From positions 1,463,090-1,487,089 of the forward strand of contig NZ_CP184360.1 in NCBI RefSeq assembly GCF_048595755.1: 24,000 bases of DNA. Direction: 5' to 3'. Below are positions 1 through 6,500 of the stretch, piece by piece. The position numbers and the translations under genes were made by a program. This DNA comes from Luteococcus sp. OSA5 (GTDB taxonomy: Bacteria; Actinomycetota; Actinomycetes; Propionibacteriales; Propionibacteriaceae). Each line of letters begins with the position of its first letter. The first letter of the stretch is position 1. The notes beneath the pieces are model-generated. The model saw only the letters and a list, made by a program, of their open reading frames with translations. It did no database searches and was not told the origin of the DNA.

Positions 1-201
1 GGGATGTTCCTGGTGGGGCTGGACATCGTCGGCGACAAGCTGATGGAGATCAACGTGTTCACCCCGGGTGGGCTGGGCAGCTCGCAGAACATCTACGACG
101 TGGACTTCACGCCCAAGGTGATCGAGGCCCTGGAGCGCAAGGTGCGCATGCAGGCGCACTACCCGCAGGGCCTGCCCAACAAGACCCTGGCTGCCATGTG
201 A
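1..201 (+). CDS. 3' end of a glutathione-synthetase-like ATP-grasp ligase (5' part lies upstream of the window)
   Basis: Frame +1 is open from base 1 to TGA at 199-201. The tail FLVGLDIVGDKLMEINVFTPGG closely resembles the C-terminal block LIFVGLDIIGDRLTEINVTSP of E. coli GshB (recalled sequence). Confidence 0.7.
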   Translation, partial: GMFLVGLDIVGDKLMEINVFTPGGLGSSQNIYDVDFTPKVIEALERKVRMQAHYPQGLPNKTLAAM

Positions 202-210
202 TCCAGGGTT

Positions 211-714
211 TCAGGCGGCGTCCGGCGTGGCCGGGCGTCGCCGCTGGCCGCGCACGAACGCCACGATGCCGGCCACGGCCAGCAGCACCAGCACGATGGC
301 CAGCGCGGGGTGCACCCGCCACAGTGTGACGAAGGCCCCCACCCCGATGAAGCCGGCGCTGGCATAGACCGTTGCCCAGATGATGCAGCCCAGCACCAGC
401 GCGGGAAGGTAGCGACGCAGCGGCATCCGGGTGAAGCCGGCCACCAGGTTCACCATGGTCTGCACCCCGACGGTCAGGAAGCTCAGCGTGATGGCGGGAG
501 CTCCCCACCGGTTGAGCTTGTCCTCGGCGGCGACGAAGCCCGGCCGGTTGGCCAGGGTGGCGTTGCGGGTCTCACTGCCCCGACGCAGCAGCCTCCCCAC
601 CAGGTAGGTGGCGGAGGCGCGGAAGAAGACGATCACGAATAGGGCGCCGGCCACGACGGCGAAGGGCGCATTCCAGCTGAGCGGATTCCACCAGGCACTT
701 TGCAGGGGCACCAC
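211..714 (-). CDS. DedA / VTT (SNARE-associated) family inner-membrane protein
   Basis: 167-aa ORF with GTG start at 714, preceded by AGGGTGGA. Multi-TM protein. The block RWGAPAITLSFLTVGVQTMVNLVAGFTRMPLRRYLPALVLGCIIWA fits the DedA core pattern (k.G...v.l.Rf.pg.Rt...l.aG...m....F......g...W). It lies 39 nt downstream of the kinase gene on the same strand. Confidence 0.75.
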   Translation of the reverse strand: MVPLQSAWWNPLSWNAPFAVVAGALFVIVFFRASATYLVGRLLRRGSETRNATLANRPGFVAAEDKLNRWGAPAITLSFLTVGVQTMVNLVAGFTRMPLRRYLPALVLGCIIWATVYASAGFIGVGAFVTLWRVHPALAIVLVLLAVAGIVAFVRGQRRRPATPDAA

Positions 715-753
715 TCCACCCTACGCGCCGCGACGGTGGGCGCCGGGCCGGGT

Positions 754-3081
754 TCACAGCTGCAGCTGGGCGGGGCCCTCCTGCGGCGGTTCCGGTGCCG
801 CACGCCGGGGCCCGAACCCGCGGCCCAGCGGCAGCACGATGCGGGCGAACTCCTCGTCGGTCTCCACCTGGCTGAAACTCGACTGCCATCGTTCGTACTG
901 CTTGCGGCTGGGAGAGAGAACCACCACCGAGATCTGGTCGGGGGCGGCGCTGACCGTCATGCGCTGCATCAGGTGACGGGGCGGGCCGATGTGGTCGAGC
1001 ATCAGGGCGGCCGCCTCCACCTGTGTGCGGTCATTGCCCTGGTTGAGCGTCGAGACCAGCAGCCAGCCCTCCTCGCGGCGTGCGGCCAGCGCGGTCAGCA
1101 GGTGGTGGGCGTTGGGGCCCAGCACCAGTTCGTCGCGAAGGGTCGCCTCGATCAGTTCGGCTTGGCGACGCAATTCCGGCTCGCTGGAGTGACGACGCCC
1201 CTCGGCCACGTCGCGCAGCAGGGGGAGGGCGTCACCCGTGACCCGGCGCGACCAGTACTGGTCCAGGTGGTGGCGTGCGCTGAGGCGGTTGGACTCGCGG
1301 CGCATCGTCAGTTCGATGTGGCGCTGCGTGGCGTCGCGCTCGGCGATGCGCTGCGCGGAGTGGTAGGCGATCAGCCCGACGGTGGCCTCGCCCAGACCCA
1401 CCGAGATGACCGGATGCAGGTTCTCCCACGGAAGCTGCCAGCCGAAGCGGGCCACCAGCAGCAGCACCATGGCGGCGAACCAGCCTGCCATCGCCGCCAC
1501 GGCAGTGCGTAGACGCACCTGCAGCACCACCAGCTGCAACAGGGAGGTGCAACCCCAGGCCAGCCACAGGTAGTGCACGGTGTCGGTGTCGTCGGGGGCG
1601 CACAGCAACTGCACCGCCCAGGAGCCGATGGCGACGAAGAGCAGGACCCCCGCATCACGTTCGGTCAGGGGGCGTCGGTGCAGGCGACGGATGCTCAGCA
1701 CACCCGTGACCAGCACCGCGATGGTCGCCAGCAGGGCGGGCCAGCGGGGATTGGCCAGGGGAAGCAGCATGATGGTCAGGATCGGCACCTGCGCCAGGTT
1801 GGGCCATGCCATGCGGGTGAGGACCTGGCGGGCACGGGCCTGCGCGTCCCCGGAGTCCAGCCGTGCCGGCTCCTCGGGAGCGGGCCAGACCAGCTCCACC
1901 GTGGTGCCGCGCCCCGGGCGGGAGGTGATGGTGGCACGGCCTCCCACCTCGCGCAGCCGATCGCCGATCGAGCGACGCACGCCCAACCGGCCGCGTGGGA
2001 TCTGGTCGGGGTCGAAACCGCGACCGTTGTCGAGGATCGTGCAGGTCCACTGCTGCGAGTCGTGGTTGAGTTCGACGGTGCAGTCGCTGGCGTGGGCATG
2101 CGAGGTGACATTGCCGAGGGCCTCGTGGGTGGCGTCGGCGAGGGCGCGGGCCACGTGGTGGGGCAGCTTGGGGGCCTCTCCTAGCAGGGTGGCCCCGGCC
2201 GCGGCCAGTGCCGGATCGGCGCGCACCATCTCTGCCAGGTCGACGGCCTGGTCGTCGTCGTGGTGCAGGTGGACGCTGAGCGCCTCCACGGCGGATCGGC
2301 ATTCCTCTGCTGCCATCTGGGGCGGCAGGTTGCCGTCGCGGCTCAGCGCGTGCAGGGCGTGCAGGACATGGTCGTGCAGCAGCCGGGCCGCTTCACGCTT
2401 GCCCTCCGTCTGCGCGGTGATGGTGTCGTGCTCCTGTTCGGCGGCCTGCCTGGTGGACGTGGCCGCGTCACTGCGTCGGGCCAGGTCGAGCAGACCGTCG
2501 CAGAACAGCAGCAGGATGGCGATGGGCACCACGATGCCCGGCACTGGTTGCAACGAGAACCGGTCGACCGGGGCCCCCACCAGGTACTGGACCACCACGT
2601 CGATCACCGGCAGGGTGGCGAAAATGCCGATGAGCAGTCTGAGGTAGTGGCGCCGCGGCAGGATGATGATGGCCATCGTGGCCCACGGCAGGGACCAGTA
2701 ACCGGGAGCCCAGAAGTTCTCGGGGTAGATGGTCTGGCGTACCGGGATGATCAGCGCGATGCCGGTGAACAGTGGAATGGCGGTGGCCACCAGCACGTCG
2801 CGGGTGAGCCACCCCCGCAGCAGCACGACGAGCACCGCGAACCAGTGCAACAGCACCAGCGACAACCCGACGATCACCCCACTGGGATGGTTGATCTCCT
2901 GCCGGATGACGGTGAGCAGCGCCCCGGGCAGCAGCAGGGTCCATGCCCCCAGCGCGGTCAGCCGCAAACCGCGCAGGACGGCGGCCTCCATTGCCCCCGG
3001 AGTGCGTGGCGCAGATGCCCGTGTCGTACGCTCGGTCGGCGTCGTGGGCGGGGCCTCTCGCCCAGCCGCGACACCATCCAT
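754..3081 (-). CDS. Atypical membrane sensor histidine kinase (HisKA_3/NarL-type core) fused to a second membrane module and a C-terminal soluble domain
   Basis: Continuous frame. H-box ARLLHDHVLHAL (His codon about 2374-2376), N-box HEALGNVTSHA, G1 DNGRGF, G2-like GRLGVRRSIGDRLREVGG (kinase core about 1882-2400). About 6 hydrophobic helices precede the core. A second block of about 4-5 hydrophobic helices (about 1390-1812) and a soluble tail of about 210 aa (757-1390) follow it. Start chosen at ATG 3081, preceded by GGGAGGA with a 4-nt spacer. Alternative ATG at 2991, where GC3 rises from about 63% to above 90%. The track's 951-aa version (to 3609) overlaps the upstream gene and is rejected. 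Confidence 0.8.
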   Translation of the reverse strand: MDGVAAGREAPPTTPTERTTRASAPRTPGAMEAAVLRGLRLTALGAWTLLLPGALLTVIRQEINHPSGVIVGLSLVLLHWFAVLVVLLRGWLTRDVLVATAIPLFTGIALIIPVRQTIYPENFWAPGYWSLPWATMAIIILPRRHYLRLLIGIFATLPVIDVVVQYLVGAPVDRFSLQPVPGIVVPIAILLLFCDGLLDLARRSDAATSTRQAAEQEHDTITAQTEGKREAARLLHDHVLHALHALSRDGNLPPQMAAEECRSAVEALSVHLHHDDDQAVDLAEMVRADPALAAAGATLLGEAPKLPHHVARALADATHEALGNVTSHAHASDCTVELNHDSQQWTCTILDNGRGFDPDQIPRGRLGVRRSIGDRLREVGGRATITSRPGRGTTVELVWPAPEEPARLDSGDAQARARQVLTRMAWPNLAQVPILTIMLLPLANPRWPALLATIAVLVTGVLSIRRLHRRPLTERDAGVLLFVAIGSWAVQLLCAPDDTDTVHYLWLAWGCTSLLQLVVLQVRLRTAVAAMAGWFAAMVLLLVARFGWQLPWENLHPVISVGLGEATVGLIAYHSAQRIAERDATQRHIELTMRRESNRLSARHHLDQYWSRRVTGDALPLLRDVAEGRRHSSEPELRRQAELIEATLRDELVLGPNAHHLLTALAARREEGWLLVSTLNQGNDRTQVEAAALMLDHIGPPRHLMQRMTVSAAPDQISVVVLSPSRKQYERWQSSFSQVETDEEFARIVLPLGRGFGPRRAAPEPPQEGPAQLQL

Positions 3082-3100
3082 GATTCCTCCCACCACAGGT

Positions 3101-3127
3101 TCGGGGCGCCACGGATGGGCGCCCCGA
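3101..3127 (-). promoter_or_regulatory. Strong GC-rich intercistronic hairpin between paralogue P1 and the kinase gene
   Basis: Perfect 10-bp inverted repeat TCGGGGCGCC (3101-3110) / GGCGCCCCGA (3118-3127) with a 7-nt loop. No U-tract follows on the minus strand. It lies between the P1 stop (3171) and the kinase SD/start (3081). Confidence 0.45.
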
Positions 3128-3170
3128 TCTTTCATCCAAGCCTGCCGGAGAGTCGAGGGCAATGGGGGGA

Positions 3171-3758
3171 TCAGCGGTGCCCGAGCAGGCGGCGTGTCCC
3201 CGGGGTGTCGGTGGTCAGTCCCAGCCGCTGCCGGTGCAGCCGGATCGCGACGGTGAGCAGATCGGCGGTCTCCTCGCGGCTGCACCCCGCGACGACGGGG
3301 AGAGCCACGCCCTCGGCCAGATAGGGGCGGGTGATGCAGGTCAGCACGATCCCCTCCTGCTCGGCCCAGTCGTAACCCTCCGGTGTGAAGGTCACCACGA
3401 TCCGACGACGGTGGTCGTCTCCGCCGCGGTCGTCCTTGCCGGAGTGCGCGCCACTGAGGTACTGCCAGGGCAGCACCCGGCCGTTCCGTTCGGCCAGACC
3501 TTCGGGCCTGATCCGGATCGTGCGGCGGATGTGCACCAGGCGGTGCGCGGCCCACGCCACCCCGACCAGGGTCAGGAGTGTGACGAAGCCCAGTCCCAGC
3601 CGTTGCCAACTGCTCTCCACCTCGAGGAACATGCCCAGCGCCAGGCTGAACAGGATGGCCTGCAGCAGCAGTTCACCGAGCACCCGCCACCCACTGCCCG
3701 GCAGGTCGACACAGGGGGAACCGTGGACAGCGTTGAGGTGCTTTTGAAGACGACTCAT
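3171..3758 (-). CDS. Small 2-TM membrane protein, paralogue P1 (PH-like domain suspected, conserved C-terminal helix)
   Basis: 195 aa, ATG at 3758, GC3 about 86%. N-terminus MSRLQKHLNAVH, two hydrophobic helices, then RRTIRIRPEGLAERNGRVLPWQYL (bacterial PH-like pattern) and C-terminal GCSREETADLLTVAIRLHRQRLGL. Clearly homologous to the ORFs at 3771-4328 and 4387-4968. Confidence 0.8.
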   Translation of the reverse strand: MSRLQKHLNAVHGSPCVDLPGSGWRVLGELLLQAILFSLALGMFLEVESSWQRLGLGFVTLLTLVGVAWAAHRLVHIRRTIRIRPEGLAERNGRVLPWQYLSGAHSGKDDRGGDDHRRRIVVTFTPEGYDWAEQEGIVLTCITRPYLAEGVALPVVAGCSREETADLLTVAIRLHRQRLGLTTDTPGTRRLLGHR

Positions 3759-3770
3759 GACAGCTCGCGA

Positions 3771-4328
3771 TCAGACGACTGGTGGCAGCCCGAGGTGGCT
3801 GCGGTGGGCTCGGATGGCGGCGGAGAGCACCTTGGCGGTCTGTTCGGTGGTGCAGCCCTTGATCAGGGGCATGGGGATGCCGCGCAGGTCACTGCGGTAG
3901 GTGGTGCGGCCGCGCAGGGTGCCGTGCTGGCGCAGCCACGCCTGGCCCTCATCGGTCAGGGAGAGGATGGCCAGTTCCTCGTTGGGGCCATTGACGTTGG
4001 GCTGCTCGGTGCGGAAGGCGCCGGCGATCAGGGGCCAGGGCATCGGTGGCGATCCGCTCCACGACAGGCCTTGGGGGCTGATCCGGTACAACCGCGGGGC
4101 ACGTCCGAGGTTGACCAGGTTGGACACCGCCGCGACTGCCATCCCCGCCCCAAAGACCAGCGCCAGCAGACGCGTGGCCGTGGACTGGGCAGAGGCTGCG
4201 GTCGCCAACAGCAGCAGGGCGAGGACCGTCGCGGCCCCCGCCTTCCACAACAGCTGGGAGGTCTTGCCCGGCAGCTGGGCGGTGGGCTGCTGCTGGACCA
4301 GGCGGATCAGCTCGTCGGGCTTGCCCAT
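3771..4328 (-). CDS. Small 2-TM membrane protein, paralogue P2 (more divergent member)
   Basis: Start chosen at internal ATG 4328 (MGKPDELIRL), preceded by AGGAG with a 4-nt spacer. The track's start at 4427 would overlap P3. Shares RLYRISPQGLSWSG, LTDEGQAWLRQHG and GCTTEQTAKVLSAAIRAHRSHLGLPP with P1 and P3. Confidence 0.75.
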   Translation of the reverse strand: MGKPDELIRLVQQQPTAQLPGKTSQLLWKAGAATVLALLLLATAASAQSTATRLLALVFGAGMAVAAVSNLVNLGRAPRLYRISPQGLSWSGSPPMPWPLIAGAFRTEQPNVNGPNEELAILSLTDEGQAWLRQHGTLRGRTTYRSDLRGIPMPLIKGCTTEQTAKVLSAAIRAHRSHLGLPPVV

Positions 4329-4343
4329 GTGACTCCTGTGCTC

Positions 4344-4371
4344 GATGGGATCGACTTGATGGGATCGACTT
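4344..4371. repeat. Perfect 14-bp tandem direct repeat (GATGGGATCGACTT x2) in the P3-P2 intergenic spacer
   Basis: Read directly: ctc GATGGGATCGACTT GATGGGATCGACTT gcttgcgca. It is locally less GC-rich than the surroundings and lies between the P3 stop (4387) and the P2 SD/start (4328). Confidence 0.9.
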
Positions 4372-4386
4372 GCTTGCGCATCCGGT

Positions 4387-4968
4387 TCATCGCAGGCTCC
4401 AGGGGGCGACGTCGGGTGGTAGCCCAAGGTGCTGGCGGTGCAGCCGGATGGCGACGGTGAGCAGCTCGGCCGTCTCTTGACGGCTGCATCCCCGAGCCTC
4501 GGGAATGGGGAAGCCCAGGGCCCGTTCGGGCTTGGCCACCTGGATGAGGGAAAGTCCCTGGGCGCGCGCCCAGGCGCGGCCCTCCGGGGTGGGGAGTGCG
4601 AGGACGCGCTTTCGGGTGGTGCCCTCGTAGCCTGAGGCTTCCTCGCCGTGGGTGGCGCCGGCCAGCATCTCCCAGCCGATCACCCGGTCATTGCGGGTTG
4701 AGAGGCCGTGCCGCGTGATCCGGATGGCCGGGCGGAGGGTGAGCAGCAGCCAGGAGCAGTAGACGACGCCCGCCAGCGGCAGCAGGGTGGCGAGCCCCAA
4801 CAGGAGGAGCTTCCAAGGTCCGGGCTTGCCCATCACCATGGCCGCGACGAGAAAGACCACCATGGCGATCATCGGGAGCAGCTGGGCGCCTTCACGCCAG
4901 GTGCTGCCGGGGATGTCCACCTCCTCATGGCGGTGGATTGCGTCCAGGTGCTTGTGCAGTTGGCTCAT
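4387..4968 (-). CDS. Small 2-TM membrane protein, paralogue P3
   Basis: 193 aa, ATG at 4968, preceded by AGGAG with a 4-nt spacer. MSQLHKHLDAIH N-terminus, two hydrophobic helices, LRPAIRITRHGLSTRNDRVIGWEML, C-terminal GCSRQETAELLTVAIRLHRQHLGLPP. Closest paralogue of P1. Confidence 0.8.
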   Translation of the reverse strand: MSQLHKHLDAIHRHEEVDIPGSTWREGAQLLPMIAMVVFLVAAMVMGKPGPWKLLLLGLATLLPLAGVVYCSWLLLTLRPAIRITRHGLSTRNDRVIGWEMLAGATHGEEASGYEGTTRKRVLALPTPEGRAWARAQGLSLIQVAKPERALGFPIPEARGCSRQETAELLTVAIRLHRQHLGLPPDVAPWSLR

Positions 4969-4980
4969 GGGGCTCCTGGT

Positions 4981-5088
4981 TCAGGCGACGGACGGCAGGA
5001 CGAGGTTGAGCGCGGTCCGCCGCCTGTTGGAGGCCAGGTCGACGGTCGTCGAGGTCTGGACGGCGATCAGATGGTACGGCGTGACCAT
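4981..5088 (-). CDS. Candidate 35-aa small ORF (MVTPYHLIAVQTSTTVDLASNRRRTALNLVLPSVA) immediately upstream of P3
   Basis: About 33-34 of 35 codons end in G/C, while middle codon positions are only about 50% GC, and the bias collapses upstream of the ATG. A TAACGT (-10-like, TAnnnT) lies 7 nt upstream of the ATG, a leaderless-type layout. The stop TGA at 4981-4983 is 12 nt before the P3 ATG and in the same frame as P3. Too short to be confident. Confidence 0.3.
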   Translation of the reverse strand: MVTPYHLIAVQTSTTVDLASNRRRTALNLVLPSVA

Positions 5089-5197
5089 GCCACCCACGTT
5101 AAGGGGAAGGCAGTTCGTCCGGATCGCGCGATTGCGCACCCCGGCGCTTTTCGAACGTGTCCTGGGCCGGTCTTCGCTCGATCCGGACGATCCATCT

Positions 5198-6025
5198 TCA
5201 GCAGATCGGCTGGAAGACGTCGGTGACGAGGTCTTCCGGGGCCGCCTGGTCCGGTGTCACCAGGTAGTGGTTGAACGGCTTGGCTGCCAGCGTCCCGTCG
5301 CTGCGCAGGGCGAGGCCGTCGGCGACCAGCCGGCTGTTGATCCGGTCGTGGGCGGTGGTGATCTGGTCATAGGGCCCGGCGACGTGCGCGACCAGGCAGT
5401 CGCGTTCCGGCAGCTCGAGGACCTGCAAGGGGGCGGTGGTCGTGGTGCCCGGCGCGACGGGGAAGAAGACCGACAGCTCGACGTCGTGTTCGGTGTACTC
5501 TTCGCAGTGCTCGATGACCCCGCACGGGCCGATCGGGGTGATGCCCTGGGCCTGCAGCAGCGGGAAGAACTGCTGCCACAGCTGGCCCTCGTCGGAGTAG
5601 GTGGGTACGACGCCGTGCAGGGCGACGAGGGTCTGGGCGGGCACGGTGGTGCGTTCGACGGTGATGGACATGCTGGGCTCTCCTTGGCTGAGAAGTGTGG
5701 TGATCAGGGCCAGCCGGGTCTGGGCGGCGCGCTGTTCGGCGACGAGGGTCTGGCGCTGCAGTTCCAACGCACTGGCCCAGGCCGACGTCCCGCGGGCGGC
5801 GAGGAGGGCTGAGATGGCGGAGACGCCGAAGCCGACGTCGCGCAGGTTGCGGATGTCCGCGGCATCCCGCAGCTGCTCCGGGGAGTAGCGGCGGTATCCC
5901 GTCCACGCGTCGACGTCCGCGGGCACCAGGACACCGTGGGTGTCGTAGTGGCGCAGCATCCGTACGGACAGGCGGGTCAGCGAACTGAACTCCCCGATCG
6001 TCATGAGCTTCGTGGTCTCGACCAT
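5198..6025 (-). CDS. MerR-family transcriptional regulator with a C-terminal GyrI-like (BmrR/AraC-E-bind type) effector domain
   Basis: N-terminal MTIGEFSSLTRLSVRMLRHYDTHGVLVPADVDAWTGYRRYSPEQL is a canonical MerR HTH. A coiled-coil linker follows, then an effector-type domain of about 150 aa. Start is ATG 6025 (fits a leaderless promoter layout) or ATG 6004. Confidence 0.85.
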   Translation of the reverse strand: MVETTKLMTIGEFSSLTRLSVRMLRHYDTHGVLVPADVDAWTGYRRYSPEQLRDAADIRNLRDVGFGVSAISALLAARGTSAWASALELQRQTLVAEQRAAQTRLALITTLLSQGEPSMSITVERTTVPAQTLVALHGVVPTYSDEGQLWQQFFPLLQAQGITPIGPCGVIEHCEEYTEHDVELSVFFPVAPGTTTTAPLQVLELPERDCLVAHVAGPYDQITTAHDRINSRLVADGLALRSDGTLAAKPFNHYLVTPDQAAPEDLVTDVFQPIC

Positions 6026-6029
6026 GGCT

Positions 6030-6091
6030 CCACTGTGGGCCCTGACACGGTGGCAGGGTCAAGGGCTGGCTCAGGGCTTCGCCTACAGTGG
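6030..6091. promoter_or_regulatory. Divergent merR / nucleotidyltransferase promoter region with a MerR-type dyad
   Basis: Minus strand: TTGACC (6057-6062), a 19-nt spacer, CACAGT (6032-6037), then 6 nt and ATG 6025. The spacer contains the dyad CTGaCAC-g-GTGgCAG (6042-6056). Plus strand: TACAGT (6084-6089), 6 nt, then ATG 6096. The two core regions form an inverted repeat CCACTGTGGGC (6030-6040) / GCCTACAGTGG (6081-6091). Confidence 0.4.
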
Positions 6092-6095
6092 GCGC

Positions 6096-6500
6096 ATGAG
6101 CGTTGCGGAGGTGGTGGAGCAGTTGCGCGCTGACAAGGCGTCGGGCGTGTTGGCCCAGCTGTGCGACGAACATGGCGTCGAACTCCTCACGCTCTTTGGC
6201 AGTGCACGGCTCGATCCGGAAACTGCCCATGACGTGGATGTCGCCTACCAGTTCCGTCCGGGGGCGCCGCGTGACGATCTGGCCGTGGTGAACGCCCTGG
6301 GGGAACGCTACGGAGACCTGCTGGACATCATGCCGCTGGACCGCGCGGGGGAGGTGGCTCGTTACGCCGCCCTGGGGCCCGCCGACGTGCTGGTGGAGTT
6401 GGATGGTGGGGTTTTCGCACGCTCCCAGATGAGGGCATTTCGTGACTACTGCGACACGCAACGCTTCCGTGACCTGATGGTGGAGGTGATGGCCCGATGA
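6096..6500 (+). CDS. Minimal nucleotidyltransferase (MNT / Pol-beta superfamily) domain protein
   Basis: 134 aa from ATG 6096. The track's upstream 31 aa are antisense to the merR start and are rejected. LTLFGSARLDPETAHDVDVAY carries the G-S ... D-x-D nucleotidyltransferase signature. Size and tail (FRDYCDTQRFRD) are typical of MNT-type antitoxin-like proteins. Confidence 0.75.
   Translation: MSVAEVVEQLRADKASGVLAQLCDEHGVELLTLFGSARLDPETAHDVDVAYQFRPGAPRDDLAVVNALGERYGDLLDIMPLDRAGEVARYAALGPADVLVELDGGVFARSQMRAFRDYCDTQRFRDLMVEVMAR

Noticed and set aside
3082-3609. N-terminal 176 codons of the 951-aa track ORF (754..3609, minus strand)
   Set aside because: It overlaps the well-supported paralogue P1 (3171-3758) in another frame. 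It is Arg/Pro/Gly-rich shadow sequence and contains the 10-bp intergenic hairpin. A good SD/ATG exists at 3081.
4329-4427. Upstream 33 codons of the track ORF 3771..4427 (P2)
   Set aside because: They would overlap the P3 3' end by 41 nt. The internal ATG at 4328 has an AGGAG SD, and homology to P1 and P3 begins there.
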